Shown: positions 1 to 12,353 of the stretch, piece by piece | How positions within the stretch are numbered: the first letter of the stretch is position 1 | How the letters are laid out: each line of letters starts with the position of its first letter | NCBI GenBank assembly: GCA_026023565.1 | Contig: JAPETS010000004.1 | Location: 434,001 to 498,000, forward strand | Length of the DNA: 64,000 nt | Direction: 5' to 3' | From: Cirrosporium novae-zelandiae | Taxonomy: Eukaryota | Made by a program: the position numbers and the translations under genes | The notes under the pieces: model-generated | Databases searched by the model: none | Told to the model about the DNA's origin: nothing | The model's input: the letters and a program-made list of their open reading frames with translations, nothing else

Positions 1-247
1 CTATTACACAACTCCAACGAGAAAGTGAGCATGTCCATGGCGGGAAAGCAGATTGATGCAGCAGGTGGAAGGAAGGAGATGCTCAAAGTCATTGAAAGCT
101 TCAGGAAGGAAGGCGAAAGGAGAAGATCGTATGGCATGTGTTCAACCTTGAATGTCTAAATGCTAACAGTCAAGCAGTCGCAGCGCAAGCCCATTTCGGC
201 CAGGGAGCAAGAAGTTATCGAAAAGTCCACCCAGAATTGATTATTGA
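1..247 (+). CDS. 3' end of an unidentified gene truncated by the window edge (intron 129-177)
   Basis: Frame 1 is open from base 1 (LLHNSNEKVSMSMAGKQIDAAGGRKEMLKVIESFRKEGERRR). GTATGG donor at 129, CTAAC branch at 163, CAG acceptor at 175-177. Spliced tail SRSASPFRPGSKKLSKSPPRIDY ends at TGA 245-247. Confidence 0.5.
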
Positions 248-1207
248 TATCCGATGACAAGAGAGTCGTCACGTTTTCTAGAGGTATTTTTGCTCGCTAT
301 TCGGAAGGGATCATAGGGCATATTCGAAAAAAGAGCTAATTAGTTTATGCATGATGAAAATAAATATTTATGAATCATTTAACTTGTGGCGATTGAGCTG
401 ATGAGCAAGCATTTGCCTTGATATGATTCCTAGTAAAGGCCCAACACCAATGAATAATTGTTCATCGGATCAAGATGGTTACTTGTCCCCAGGTTTCGGA
501 AGGAGCTACTGGTGGTTTCTATCACGTTTCTTTTTGAGTGATTTAACGGAATCGTTTTGTTTCATATGTCCCAATTCCCAGGCCTGCAAGATATGACTTG
601 AAGAAAACAACAATTACCGGTATGAACAACATGCAGATATCAAATTCATTTTAACCAACATAATCTCATTCATCTTCCGTTCATGATTCGTTTTGGAAGG
701 AAGAGAAGACGAAAAACTTAGATACACTGGCTAGGATTGTCTAGACCTTGTGATTGGCCATTCACATCCGCCTGATGACGCCGACTTTGGTTGATCGGCA
801 ACCAACCAACCAGCTAGGCAACCATGTGTTAACAACACCCCGAATTTGCGCCAGGCTTTGCCATCTGTTTATCCGAACTTTGCCGAACATCTGCATTCAA
901 ACAAAACTTTAACGATCAATAGTACAACTCCAATATTGATGCTAGCAAACCTCCTAGGTGACATGAAAAAAAGTGAGACTCAGAAAACATACCTTAACAT
1001 GCGCCTTGAAGGATGAATTTAACCCATGATTGATGCACTATTCACACTGGGGGAATCTCAATAATGAAAACGCCTTTGGAAAAAATTCCGTAACGGCTTC
1101 ATGTGAATGACTGTTCCACCCTCCGAAAGTAAACCCTAAGTATACAAATTTAAGAAATAATAATTGACGATAAATGTTTGTTGTGTCTGCGTAAAATATA
1201 TACCGTT

Positions 1208-4200
1208 TCATTTTGGGGAAGTACTTGTTACTCCCAACGGATTCGGTGACGAGGTGACTGGTTTCGAGGATGTGAGTGCAGGAGCAGATGCTCGTTTGTT
1301 CATCATAGCTAACTTCTTTCGTAAAGCTGCTAGCCGGTTACGGATACTGTTAACCACTAGATACGAGCAATTAGATTCAATTTCTCTGCTTGTTCGAAAT
1401 GAAATTGATTGAATGGACTCACGTTTCTCAACGACCTCTCGGTCTTCTGCCTCGACGCCATTCACAGTATCTTCTGTAGTCTTGTCATTCTTATCCTCTT
1501 TACTGCTTTTGCGTAACGAAGATGCATCATCTGAAGAAAGAACTGCTTCTAATAATCGAATTGCAGTAACGTATGAGACTTCACAGCCGGGGAGATCATC
1601 TCCAACAAGTTCATTCACCGCAGCCATTCGACTCATTTCCAATGCTCGGTCATACATCAACTTCTCCGCCGTAACACCTGGGCTCACGAATACATTCTCT
1701 GTGGAACTTCCCAACCCAGGAGTCGAAAGTTGGGTAGATGGATGATTATTCGGATGGCATGGATGATCCGTTGGGAGCTTCTTCTGGGCTTCTTGAAGTT
1801 TGCAGCGAGCAAATTCTGCCTTTTCCAACACCTCGTTGAATCGATTCCGTACCCACTGAACGCAATTATTGATCCGAGGACCGACTGTAGCAGTTGACAA
1901 ACTAATTCCTCTAGGAGAGGACGAGTAACCGACGACTTCACCACGATTCTTGCGGGCCCACCAAGCCCCTGCAATGTCCATTGCCTTTGCCAGCAGTGCC
2001 AACGACTTTACATACAATACGAGACATTCCTCAGAAAGTGCTACTACTGCGTCAATTGTTAAAACTTCCTCATCACCCCCTTCTGTGTTATCACTGTTTG
2101 CCCCACGAAGTCCCAGACCTTGATCCATAGATGGTGTGACTGGAATGAGTTGTTGATACTTCACATCAGCAAATCCATAGACGACATTACTTATCGTAGC
2201 CGCTTCTTCGACGGCCTGAAGGATTTTTGAATCCTCATCAAGAGGGCCAGATGACTTTCGTCCACCTTCAAGGTAAGTACCTCGACTCGTAGGGTATGAG
2301 GGATATGGACTGTACATCTGCGGCGGCGAGCGACCTCCTCGGATAATGTGTAGCGGCGGAGAAACCGAAACTCCAAAGCCTCGTAGCCTCCCAGTAGCCA
2401 TATTGAGAGCCTTTGAAATTGCGGATGTTGCGGACGGAGTTGATCGCCGTTCATAAGAATTCTGTCGTTGATGAATTACATTAGGACGATGACGATCGTT
2501 TGTGACCTGCACTGCTCGGTTAGGTACTACCTGGGTTCCTGCTGGTGAACTTGGAACTGCTTGTGTTGTAGCTCGGCGAACTAGGGCTTTTTGATCAGAA
2601 TGTGCTTGGTGGTGTTGATAACCCCCTTGTATGCGGGGACTAGCTGCAAGTTCATCGGCTAAAGCATTCACTTCAACTGTCCGCTTCTCAACCACGACAT
2701 ATTCTCGCTCGACTAGAGCCATGTCCTGTGAATTTGTCATCTCCTTTCGAGATGACACCCGATCCCGGCCGCTGGGGCGCTCCTGTTGACTTAGTGGTGA
2801 TTGGGGTAGAGCGTTTTGATTTCTGGTCCTTTCACTCAACCCTCCATCTTGATGTAATTCATGCTCGGCAGGAGCCGAGGCATGTGTAGCAATACTAGGT
2901 CTGGGAGAATGAGTTGGTGTTCCTCGTTGTGACCTTGGCGCGGCTGCTGTGGGGGAGTCCCGACCTGTCATTCGTCTTCCTGTTGAGGCATGAGGAGTTC
3001 TGGGCCTACGATCATTGTCAAGGTGATCTACGGCTTTGCTAACCGACGGATATCGTGAAGTTTCCTCCTTGCGATGCAACAGGGGTTTAATATCCGACCT
3101 TGCAACATCATTCTCCTGTGCATCAACAAAAGGAGGGTCTTCCAGAGGGATGCCAACTTCCAATTCAGGTCTGGGGGATGCCGCGGGAGACCGATGACGT
3201 AAAATATCCTCTCCAACTAAGCCTGGTATGTCTTCTTTTAAGACTGCGTCATCAAAAAATCTTTGGAACGAAACTCTATCCACCGGATTCCTTTTCAATA
3301 GCCTTCGTATCAGCTTTTTCATTAGGTCGCTCACTACCGTCTCTTCTGGGAATTTAATTCGATCTTCGCCTTTTTCAATCCTCCGTAACAAATCGACATG
3401 GTTGGAAGCACGGAAAGGGGGCCTGCCAACCATCATCTCGTATAAAACTGTCCCGACAGACCATAGGTCGGCCTTGGCGTCATATTTCTCATATCGTAAA
3501 ATTTCAGGAGCCATGTAGAGGGGGGAACCACAAAGGGTTTCAGCAAGCGATGTTGATGGGAGAGAGCGAGCGAATCCAAAGTCGGCAATTTTGAGCATAG
3601 GCAGAGATTCCACTCCAACCACGGGGACCAACGAGTTCTCGCTCGGCGCGTATGGGATTGCCTCCGTCTTTCCTTTTTGATAGTAGTAGAGTGGGGAGGG
3701 GTTTAGTAGAAGATTTTGAGGCTTGATATCTCTGTGAATGTAGTTCTTCATCCGCAGAAACTCCATGGCACTTGCAAGTTGTTTCAAAAAGTGCCGGACA
3801 ACAACCTCGTTCAGTCCACCTGCTGGAGGATTTGGGTATTTCTCAGTCATATGAAGAAGTGTCTCATGGTTGGCAAGTGTATCCCGCTTTTTCATGAAGT
3901 ATGAGAGATCCCCAAGAGCACAAAATTCCATCACAAGGTGAATATGGGTAGATGACTCCTTACAATCGATCAGGGCGACGATATGTGGATGATGCAAGCC
4001 TTTGAGTATCTCGATTTCGGTGTAGAGGTTCTCCTTAAGCCTTTTATTAAGTTTCGAGAGAACCACGGACTTGATGGCAACTAAGTTTCTCGATCTCTGG
4101 ATGGTTCTCAAGTTAGTATAGATCCGTAGAAATAAACCCAATAGTAGAGGACAAGGAATCAAGTAAATGGCATAGGACATAGTTGGCCAGATATTCGATC

Positions 4201-4347
4201 GAGACCATAGGCACATACCGCATGCACTCCCTTGTAAACTGTTGCAAAGCTTCCTCTTCCAATATCATCAAGCCTTATGAAATCTCCTATCATCACTTGA
4301 GATTGTCCAGACTCTCGAGAACGCCTCGACGAGGCTGCGGACGCCAT
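1208..4347 (-). CDS. ATG1: Autophagy serine/threonine protein kinase Atg1 (introns 4218-4097 and 1422-1357)
   Basis: Exon 1 has [12 protein letters not shown]. The kinase domain has [18 protein letters not shown] and [14 protein letters not shown], followed by the Atg1 [10 protein letters not shown] motif and C-terminal MIT-like region ([25 protein letters not shown]). Splice sites are canonical. Confidence 0.97.
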
Positions 4348-6069
4348 GGTGTGGATATGGAGGGTAAACTTATGGAAGCGGGCGATGTGTAAGGCAGAGA
4401 GGAGAGAGTGGGTATAGGCGAAGGCAATAGGCTTCGGTAGAATGGTTCACCATGTAATGCGAACTCGAAAGTATATAGATTTCAAAGATGTACTCGAAGT
4501 CGAAATCAAGTACCAGCGTCGTAAGGGCACAAGGCTCTAGGTGGAGGTAGACGATGCAGGTGTTACTTTGTCAGATGGAAGGCTGTCCGGTGCCGGAGAC
4601 TGGCTGAGTAAAGGATTTAGATGGAGTCCTGTGAATCACGGGTGAACAGGTCAGGTTCAAAGTATTCAGCGTTCTATTTCTACCGCTTAGGTATGGTCAC
4701 TGTCGTCGTTGTCTCTCCAAAGCAAAGGAATGGCTGCGGTTAGCTAGTGCGGACGTTACTCGAAGATGCGGGGGGGATCAAGTAGATGTCTTAACGGGCA
4801 GGTTTGATTAAGCAGATAGGTGGACCAGGTTGGTGGGATAAAACAAAGCAAAGGCAAAAAGAATAGAATAGGAACTAAATGATGAAAATGGGCACATGGT
4901 GAATATGCGCCTCCATTGGTAAGAAATGATGTATATAGTCCAGTGGATTTAGGTTTGAACTGAGGGAGAGCAGAGAAGGTTGACACGAGTTTGAGTACAC
5001 AATGAGAGCAGAGCGTTGGTGAGGCTATTGAGTTGAGGCCTTCTTGGTACTGCGCAACTGCACTACGGGTGACTGGAGTTGACTGTTGGCTTGGAGTGAC
5101 TGGAATGATTGGAGTGACTGGATCCTACCTGCATTCATCTTTCAACTTTCGTCACTGGGTCACTTTAATGGATCATTTACTGGATAATAGTTGTCCTAAC
5201 CGCATCTGGCCTAGAAAATCACCATTGATTGGTTACAGGTGTTCATTAACTTATCATCTTAGTCCAGACCATCTTAGAAAGAGGACTAGCGTGACTAGAT
5301 TACCCAAAGACAACCAAGGTAACCAAGGCAGCTTATTACCTGACTAATCTATCTCGGGATTTGAACCTCCAGAACCCTGAAATCAACTCACTTTTGACTC
5401 TTTGGCCCTCTCCCCAATCCATCTCCATCTCTATCAACTCCCACCAGTACTTTATCATTACTCGTCCATCAACCCCCCTTCTCCGCAGAACTGTCCATGT
5501 CAAACCACCAAGGTACCACTTTATCTTGCAAGCAATCACGCACGAACACATCTAGCATTCTCTGAAACCGTACTGCACCGTCTGCACCTTGAAACTTTTC
5601 TGCTTTATTTTCCCACCACCTACACACTATCAATAAATGTCCTTTGAGCTTCTCATGTACAAATACTGAACAAAAATACATCTGATGGGTTAAAGGGGTC
5701 AAAAGGGAAGAAAAAAACTCTGGTCTTTGGAAATGTAGGTCTGGCATGATAGCTTACAGCGTGAAAGGCAGGCTTCATTATGTATCATCCTTACTGGATA
5801 TAATAGCCAAGCATTTATCTTAGCTATTCTTCCGACAGCTGTCATATCTTGACCGCATAATAAACTGGCGGTCACAAACTCGTAGCTCATAATATATTTT
5901 GTAATCAATCGAAACAACGGTCCCTTCTCAACCCTGATGTCTATCTAGCCCACCACTATACAAACATCTGCCCTTTCCATGTGGAGTGGTTCGTTCATTT
6001 CCCCCAATTCAAGAAACTCCCCTAGTTACACTTTCTTTTATTTAAAGGCTCCCAACGCCAAGAGATACA

Positions 6070-8859
6070 CTATATTCCCAGCCCTTGGACCAGAAGCCAA
6101 AGTGTAATAGGAACAATGACATTATCATTGCCTCCCGTTAGAACCGCTTCCGTCAGACTCGCTCCAATTGCTGCCATCCCCGACTTCAAGACCGTTGTAC
6201 TCCAACTATCCCCCGAGTCTCCAGGCCAGCCACCCAACGTCAACCACAGCCGAGAAAGACATAATCCGGTAGTTACCGCTGCTGCGAATGCCACACTTCC
6301 TTCTATACTCTTACCACCGCCCCAGCACCACTTTCGCCGTCCAAATCTCCTTCCAATCAAAGATGCAGCAGAATCACCCATTCCCACGCATATAACTCCA
6401 CTGACCATGCCAATATCTCTTATGGAAACATCCCACCCCTTCCATGGATCCGTCCCAGTTCGTGGAAGGCCGGCAAGAGATAACCAAAGAGGAATAGCAC
6501 ATCCAATTAAAAGGAATATATGCGAAACAATGACCGGTCCCCTGTGGTCTCTGCCATCCACATACGGAGCTAGAAAATAGGTCAAAGGCTTTGTTATAGG
6601 GGGTAATTGGGAGGCTCTAAAAATATCAAGCAAGAGGAATATAGCCAGAGCTAATGATAAAGCAAAGCTTGCATAAGTTGGATCAATGTATGTTATCGGG
6701 AGAAACATCGAGACCATCATCCCATGAAACACTTTGCGTCGTGTGTCAACCTCAACAACAGAACTCAATCGAATAACGATGGCAATTCCGACAATAAGGA
6801 CTAGAAGGCAAAATGCTGATATCAACAGGCGGTTGTTTGCTTCTCCAAAATAATCCTGTCGGAGGTGTTCAACCCATCCATAACCACAAGAATTTTTTGT
6901 GGCCGATCTACCCGGATCAGGAAGACCAATCCAATCCTCTAGATCCAAATTCACTACCATTGACCGAAAAAGTGGAAGATCTCCGAAAATATAACCTAGA
7001 GCCCATCCGATTGGTTCATGGCCATAGAGTGCACTCCTGCTAACGTATCTTCTAATTGCAATCTCAATAATTGCAAGAGTAACAATATATGCGTAAGTAG
7101 CATATAGCCATCTACGGCAAGCCGCTTGTGTTGGTGTAAGCGATAAAAGCGATTGAACATTGTTCGGCAAGATACGTTTGTGTCTCTTTCTCTGACCTTT
7201 CACTCCCGACACGTCAGCGGCATCACAAGTTGCTAAAGTCGGTAGAGTGTGGCTCCTTGGACGTTCAAAGGCGATTTGAGTACAATCTGCAAGGTCTGAA
7301 GATCTACCATCTTCGATGGGTGAATTTGGCTCTGAAAAAGGTTAGAAGCATATCCTAAGGCCTTCGAGGCCGTAAGGCGCGCCTTCTATTGCATACCTCG
7401 AATATCGTCACTTGATTCAGCATCAGAGATCTCAAAACGTAGATTTTCTGACTGAGTTTTTAGCAGATTGGTATTCTTTAATCGGTAACCATAATTAGGT
7501 TTCAACGGGGATGAGGATCCGCTATTAGTACGGGCTAGCTCTGCGGCACGACGAAATCTCCAACTTGGAATTCTTGCAAGTTCAACTGATGACCGAAACA
7601 CGTTCTGACAGAATACAAATAGACATAACCCTCCCCTCCAGAGCAGAGCATGTAAAATGATCGATTGTGGAGATCGGGATAAGAGCAATATATTAATTAA
7701 CGAGCTAGAAAGAAGTTGCAGCTCTGCGGGTAGAAGACTAGTTGTTGTTAGATACCTTAAAGTAGGTAGGAGAGCTTGATGTAAAGGATAGACCAGTAAA
7801 AGGGATTCCGGATTCAGAGTGTTTATGATTCCATTTCGAAGTTTATACGGCCTAGAAAAGTGGCTTCCAAGTTCCCACGATGTGTTTTCCGATATTATTA
7901 AGGGGAGGACAGATGTCAGCCAGTGAATAGACTGTAGCCCCGGGGTAGAGTCGGAGAAAGGAATTAACTGGTGCGGAATGGAAGCCAGGCTGAGAATTAT
8001 ATTTAGAAGTAGAGGACTAGAGTCTTGAGGTAGAAGGATGCAAGACACCAATATCGGAATAAATACCGGGTATAGTAACGGAGCGGGATCGACAGATACT
8101 GGTATATGAACCCTTTCTAAAGTTGTCAATTGATATGGTTGTTGAGAGCTGTTCACATAGTACACAAGGCGGATGAAATATATTGCCAAGAGTAAAAGTA
8201 CAATGACGATATGGCACAGTAGCTCTATTTTCTATTAGCCCGCACCCATATTCGACATTCCTTATGAGCGGAATACCACACTTACCTCTCCGCCATTCGC
8301 TGGCTGCTGGTAGTACCGATTTATTGTATATAGTTATTATTCCCACTGCTACAATGAGTGAAACTTCCAATATCCTTCGTAAGAGTTCAGTCCTTCTCTT
8401 CTGTTTCCATTTTTTCGCATCTGAATCCTGAGGTTTTGTTCCAAAATCTCCTCGCCTTTGAGTGTATGATTCAAAAGACCCTCCACGAACCTGATCAACG
8501 ATCAAGGGAGTGTTTAACGTACTTGTACCTTCATCTAGCTTAGTTCCCTGACTGTCCCGGAGGTATTGACTCGGCCTTGCTGGGGGTGCTGGAAGACCCT
8601 TGAGTAGTTTATTACTCTCATCATCTGCTTCCGTACCACTGTCTTCTGAAGGTTGAAAGCTGCGACGTGATCGATAGGCTCGAAGTCCAGCAGAGGGATA
8701 ATCTCGATCGAAGGACGATTCAAAATCGGATGTAGAAGGTGTCAAGCTTGGGGAGGGTAGATATGGCACTGTGTCTCGATCACCTTGGCGCTGGAGGACA
8801 TCTCGAGAGGGTAAGCTTGTGCGGTGATATGGCCGTGGTGACCTGGATAAACTCTGCAT
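6070..8859 (-). CDS. SEC59: Dolichol kinase (introns 8285-8225 and 7396-7332; start codon uncertain)
   Basis: Three ORFs join in frame through canonical introns. The membrane domain has DTRRKVFH, YVDGRDHRGP, GMGDSAASLIGRRFG, KSIEGS and DNVIVP, as in CTP-dependent dolichol/phytol kinases. Confidence 0.9.
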
Positions 8860-9269
8860 GGTATTCGTTCCCGTCACTATTTGTTGGGCTCAAATATGTG
8901 GCAGAATCAAACAGACTAGAACAATAATAATGGGGTGTAGCTCCATATGCCCTGTAACTCAACTCCTCTGTAGCGCAGCCATCTCACCAACATCATTGGG
9001 TGCATCGCTTGTAGTTTCAATGAGGGAAACCATAAGCAAGTGGAAACTTGCGAGTCAAAAGAAGCAAATTCTCAAGAGCTTCATCACATGAAGATGCAAC
9101 GTGCTGTTACGAAATTCGTCGGAATAACGGAGTAAAGATAAGCCGCGACATTATACTAACTTAAAATTTTCATATTACTTTACCGCGAGTGCGCGTCTAT
9201 TTATAGTCACGTGTAAGTCTTAGGCGTCTACTCATCCTAATCTATATAACCAAGTATCCTTATCTTTTC

Positions 9270-11564
9270 TTAGCCTGCTTTATCTACTTCACTTACCCGC
9301 GAAATGATGGCGAGAGCCACCTTCCGCCCATCTCGCCCCCATAGCGAACGACAAGGGATTATTTGTCCTTCCAAATTTTGGCATATTTGCTCCTCAAACC
9401 GAGAGGTGTACACCGTACTCTGAACGTTAGTGGCGCCATATTTAGATCGTGTATCCTGTACTCTTGCCATGACATCGTGCAATGTCGCATCTGTACATGG
9501 CTCGAACACACTGATAGTTTCCACAGTGACCTTGCCCATAATGGTTGAAACACTTTCCCAAGAATCTGATGCTCCAGGAGCTCGCTCAAGGCATACATGG
9601 GCATGCATGATTCCCATGCTTTGCCATTCGATGGCACTCCCTCGTGGTAATTGAGCGATTTCTACTGCAAGAAATGGCGGTGAAGTTGTACCACTCAAAT
9701 TGTTATAGTATTCCACGATACCGTGATCAGGGAAATTCCTGTTGTCGGTCTTCATTAATGATGTAGAATGTCCATGGCCGTATCGCAAATTCCAGATATC
9801 TACGTTTTCTGACTCATCCCCTCCGTCTTCCACAGCCTCCTTTTCAATCGGTCTTTCATGTATCTGATCCCAAATCTTTCCAGCAATGAGAGATTGTTTC
9901 TGAATATCTTCGGATTCTATAATGTAGGCTATGCCGCCTGTCCACCATTGCACTTTCATACGCCGACCGATTCTCCACAGATTTTGCAGAGCAAGGACGG
10001 CCTGGCGGCAGAATACGGTCATCTTACTGAAGTCGTGTGTCGGACTCTCCTCAGGTAAAATCATAGATGCTGGAATCAAAGGTATCTGGCCTGCGATATA
10101 GACTAAGAAGGACTCGGTGTCACCGCTTGCCTGGGGATCGAGAGGTACTGAAATTGCTTGTGAATAAGGTCCAATGTTTGCAGGGGCCCAGTAGGATCTC
10201 GACTGCACATGCAGGCCTTCTCTTCTGTTGCGTGGAGTGGATGTTAAGGTGAAAGAAGCAGACACTTTTATTCCATCGGGAAGTAGGGACCCACAAGCCA
10301 CAGTAACTCTAGCAGGAGGATTTGATTTCTTGAATATCTGTTTGTAGACCTCATTGATGCCTTCAAAGTCTGACATGTCTCTAAGAAGAAGCGATACAAA
10401 TGTAATATCATTCACAGATAGCAACTTGCCATGCGCTTTAGAAGCCTGAGTTAGGCGGGATTCCAAGATTTCAGTAATAGATGTCATCTGTGATTGTGCT
10501 GTTGAGTACTGCGCTGGGGATGCGGTAAGATTTGCGATTAACTGTGTGTCTTCACCAAATAAAGCAACCTCATGAAGATGTTCTAGACTCAATGAAGTTG
10601 CAGGAGGTTTATCATAAGGCTTTAGGGAAATATCATTCAAGTCCATTGTCTCAGAGGAGTGCAGTGGCCCCAAAAATACTTCATCAAATAGATCAGGGAT
10701 ACGCGGAATTGTTGACCCAGCATATCCGGAAACGTCTCTCGATTTTTCAACCAGACAAACAGTTTTAAACCTGAGAAAAGCGGTGTCTCCACCCTCAGAA
10801 GCAACCTCTCGGTCACGTTCCTCTATTAGGATTCTTTTCTTCCACAATGTTGCGGGGCCATCCATAGCAAGAGTTTCGTATTCTCCTCCTTCTCCTAATA
10901 TCGCGCCGTCTTCGACACCCCCAAACCTTTCCATGGCCGCTGCAAGCCTAGTTTTAGTTTTCGGTTCAGCAACATTCTGCCATAAAAAGGAGTCGTCAAG
11001 GCCCCCAGAGGCTACTTTAATGATCCGGGAATCACATCCAGCACTCGTCATATCATCTAATAATGCAGTTTGGGTATATGGGGGGATACGTGTGTATTGC
11101 CAAAGGTAAGCCAATGGCACCAGTCCTTGACGAATTGCAACGGACTCAACCCGGGTGCGTTGGTAATCTGAAAGTATGGCACCACTTGAGAGAGCGTTCG
11201 CTTCTGGATGAGCTTCTTTCACTTTCTGTAATAATAGACTAAGGGACTCGGTCTCATCATCAACCGCGGAGTTTTGAGTAAGAGGGGCTTCATAGCTCTT
11301 GTTCATATCAACGGCAGTACCGACAAGTTTCTGGCGATATAGGGGAATTTCCAAAGCATCTGCATAAATTGGAATAATAGTATGGCCCACGGTTTGGTAC
11401 ATATAACTATTTGCATCATCCTCGTCTTCTGCTGGAATATCTGGATCAGGATACACATTTGCTAGGGCAACGATATTATGTCCGTTAGCAACAACATGCA
11501 GTAAGGAAAAGAGGGAATCTTTCCCCCCAGATATAAGACAGATAACATTGAGTTTTTCTGTCAT
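9270..11564 (-). CDS. DPH6: Diphthine--ammonia ligase (PP-loop ATPase plus RidA/YjgF-like domains)
   Basis: Intronless 764-aa ORF with LISGGKDS PP-loop, SYMYQTVGH, SDYQRTRVE, GEGGEYET and LHVQSRSYWAPANIGPYSQA. Confidence 0.95.
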   Translation of the reverse strand: MTEKLNVICLISGGKDSLFSLLHVVANGHNIVALANVYPDPDIPAEDEDDANSYMYQTVGHTIIPIYADALEIPLYRQKLVGTAVDMNKSYEAPLTQNSAVDDETESLSLLLQKVKEAHPEANALSSGAILSDYQRTRVESVAIRQGLVPLAYLWQYTRIPPYTQTALLDDMTSAGCDSRIIKVASGGLDDSFLWQNVAEPKTKTRLAAAMERFGGVEDGAILGEGGEYETLAMDGPATLWKKRILIEERDREVASEGGDTAFLRFKTVCLVEKSRDVSGYAGSTIPRIPDLFDEVFLGPLHSSETMDLNDISLKPYDKPPATSLSLEHLHEVALFGEDTQLIANLTASPAQYSTAQSQMTSITEILESRLTQASKAHGKLLSVNDITFVSLLLRDMSDFEGINEVYKQIFKKSNPPARVTVACGSLLPDGIKVSASFTLTSTPRNRREGLHVQSRSYWAPANIGPYSQAISVPLDPQASGDTESFLVYIAGQIPLIPASMILPEESPTHDFSKMTVFCRQAVLALQNLWRIGRRMKVQWWTGGIAYIIESEDIQKQSLIAGKIWDQIHERPIEKEAVEDGGDESENVDIWNLRYGHGHSTSLMKTDNRNFPDHGIVEYYNNLSGTTSPPFLAVEIAQLPRGSAIEWQSMGIMHAHVCLERAPGASDSWESVSTIMGKVTVETISVFEPCTDATLHDVMARVQDTRSKYGATNVQSTVYTSRFEEQICQNLEGQIIPCRSLWGRDGRKVALAIISRVSEVDKAG

Positions 11565-12353
11565 GTCATATATATCCTCAGGAAATTTGATTTTCTAGAA
11601 GTATTGATCGACGGCCGGACTGTTGAAGAATTGGTGACAAGCCAAAACATTAATTATCTTGGAGCCCGGAAGTGATCAAGGAAAATTGACCTTTGGGCGG
11701 ACAGACGCGACCGGCTAACACCGGTTTAGCAGTGAAAACTTCTTCGATGGCTTTCATAGCATATGGAAGAGCAGACATTACATGCCCACTCAAAAGAGGA
11801 TTAATAAATGGGTTTGAAAATCTACCTCTGATCCGCTATATGTATTTATGGTATTTTTTAATTTGCTCAAGGGGTTTGTACATTAATGCTAAGCTAGAGG
11901 AGAGTGTTGTGACCAGCACAGAACCATCCACGACCAGCAGGAAATCTAGATTACACATTGAAACGAAAGTAGAGAAATGAAAAAAAAAACTTCCCACCAA
12001 CGAATAAGAAAAATTACAAAAAACTATTTGAGTGTTATCCGGACTGCTGCTTATATGTCCTCATAGCCAGAACCTGGTCTCAAGCCTCTGAAATTCCCGT
12101 TACGAAAAGAGACGAAAACGAGATTATGCAAACCATGCTGTGCAAAGCCCATTTTGAGCACCTTAAAAAAAAAACCTGTTTTCTCCTTTCAAGCCTGTTA
12201 TCCTTGCCTTTTCTTTTCATCAGTTCTAAAACCCACAGCGATAAGAGCCCAAACTCTTCATGCCCACCCTGATTAATAGGAAACTCCTGGTCACATCTCG
12301 TCGTTGATCAATCGCTAACAGCGGTCAAAAGTGTATTGATCGTTAGGTGATAT

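Noticed and set aside
4097..4216. ORF-track N-terminus of the 1002-aa ORF (MCLWSRS...)
   Set aside because: It is translated intron 1 of ATG1; the true start is ATG 4347.
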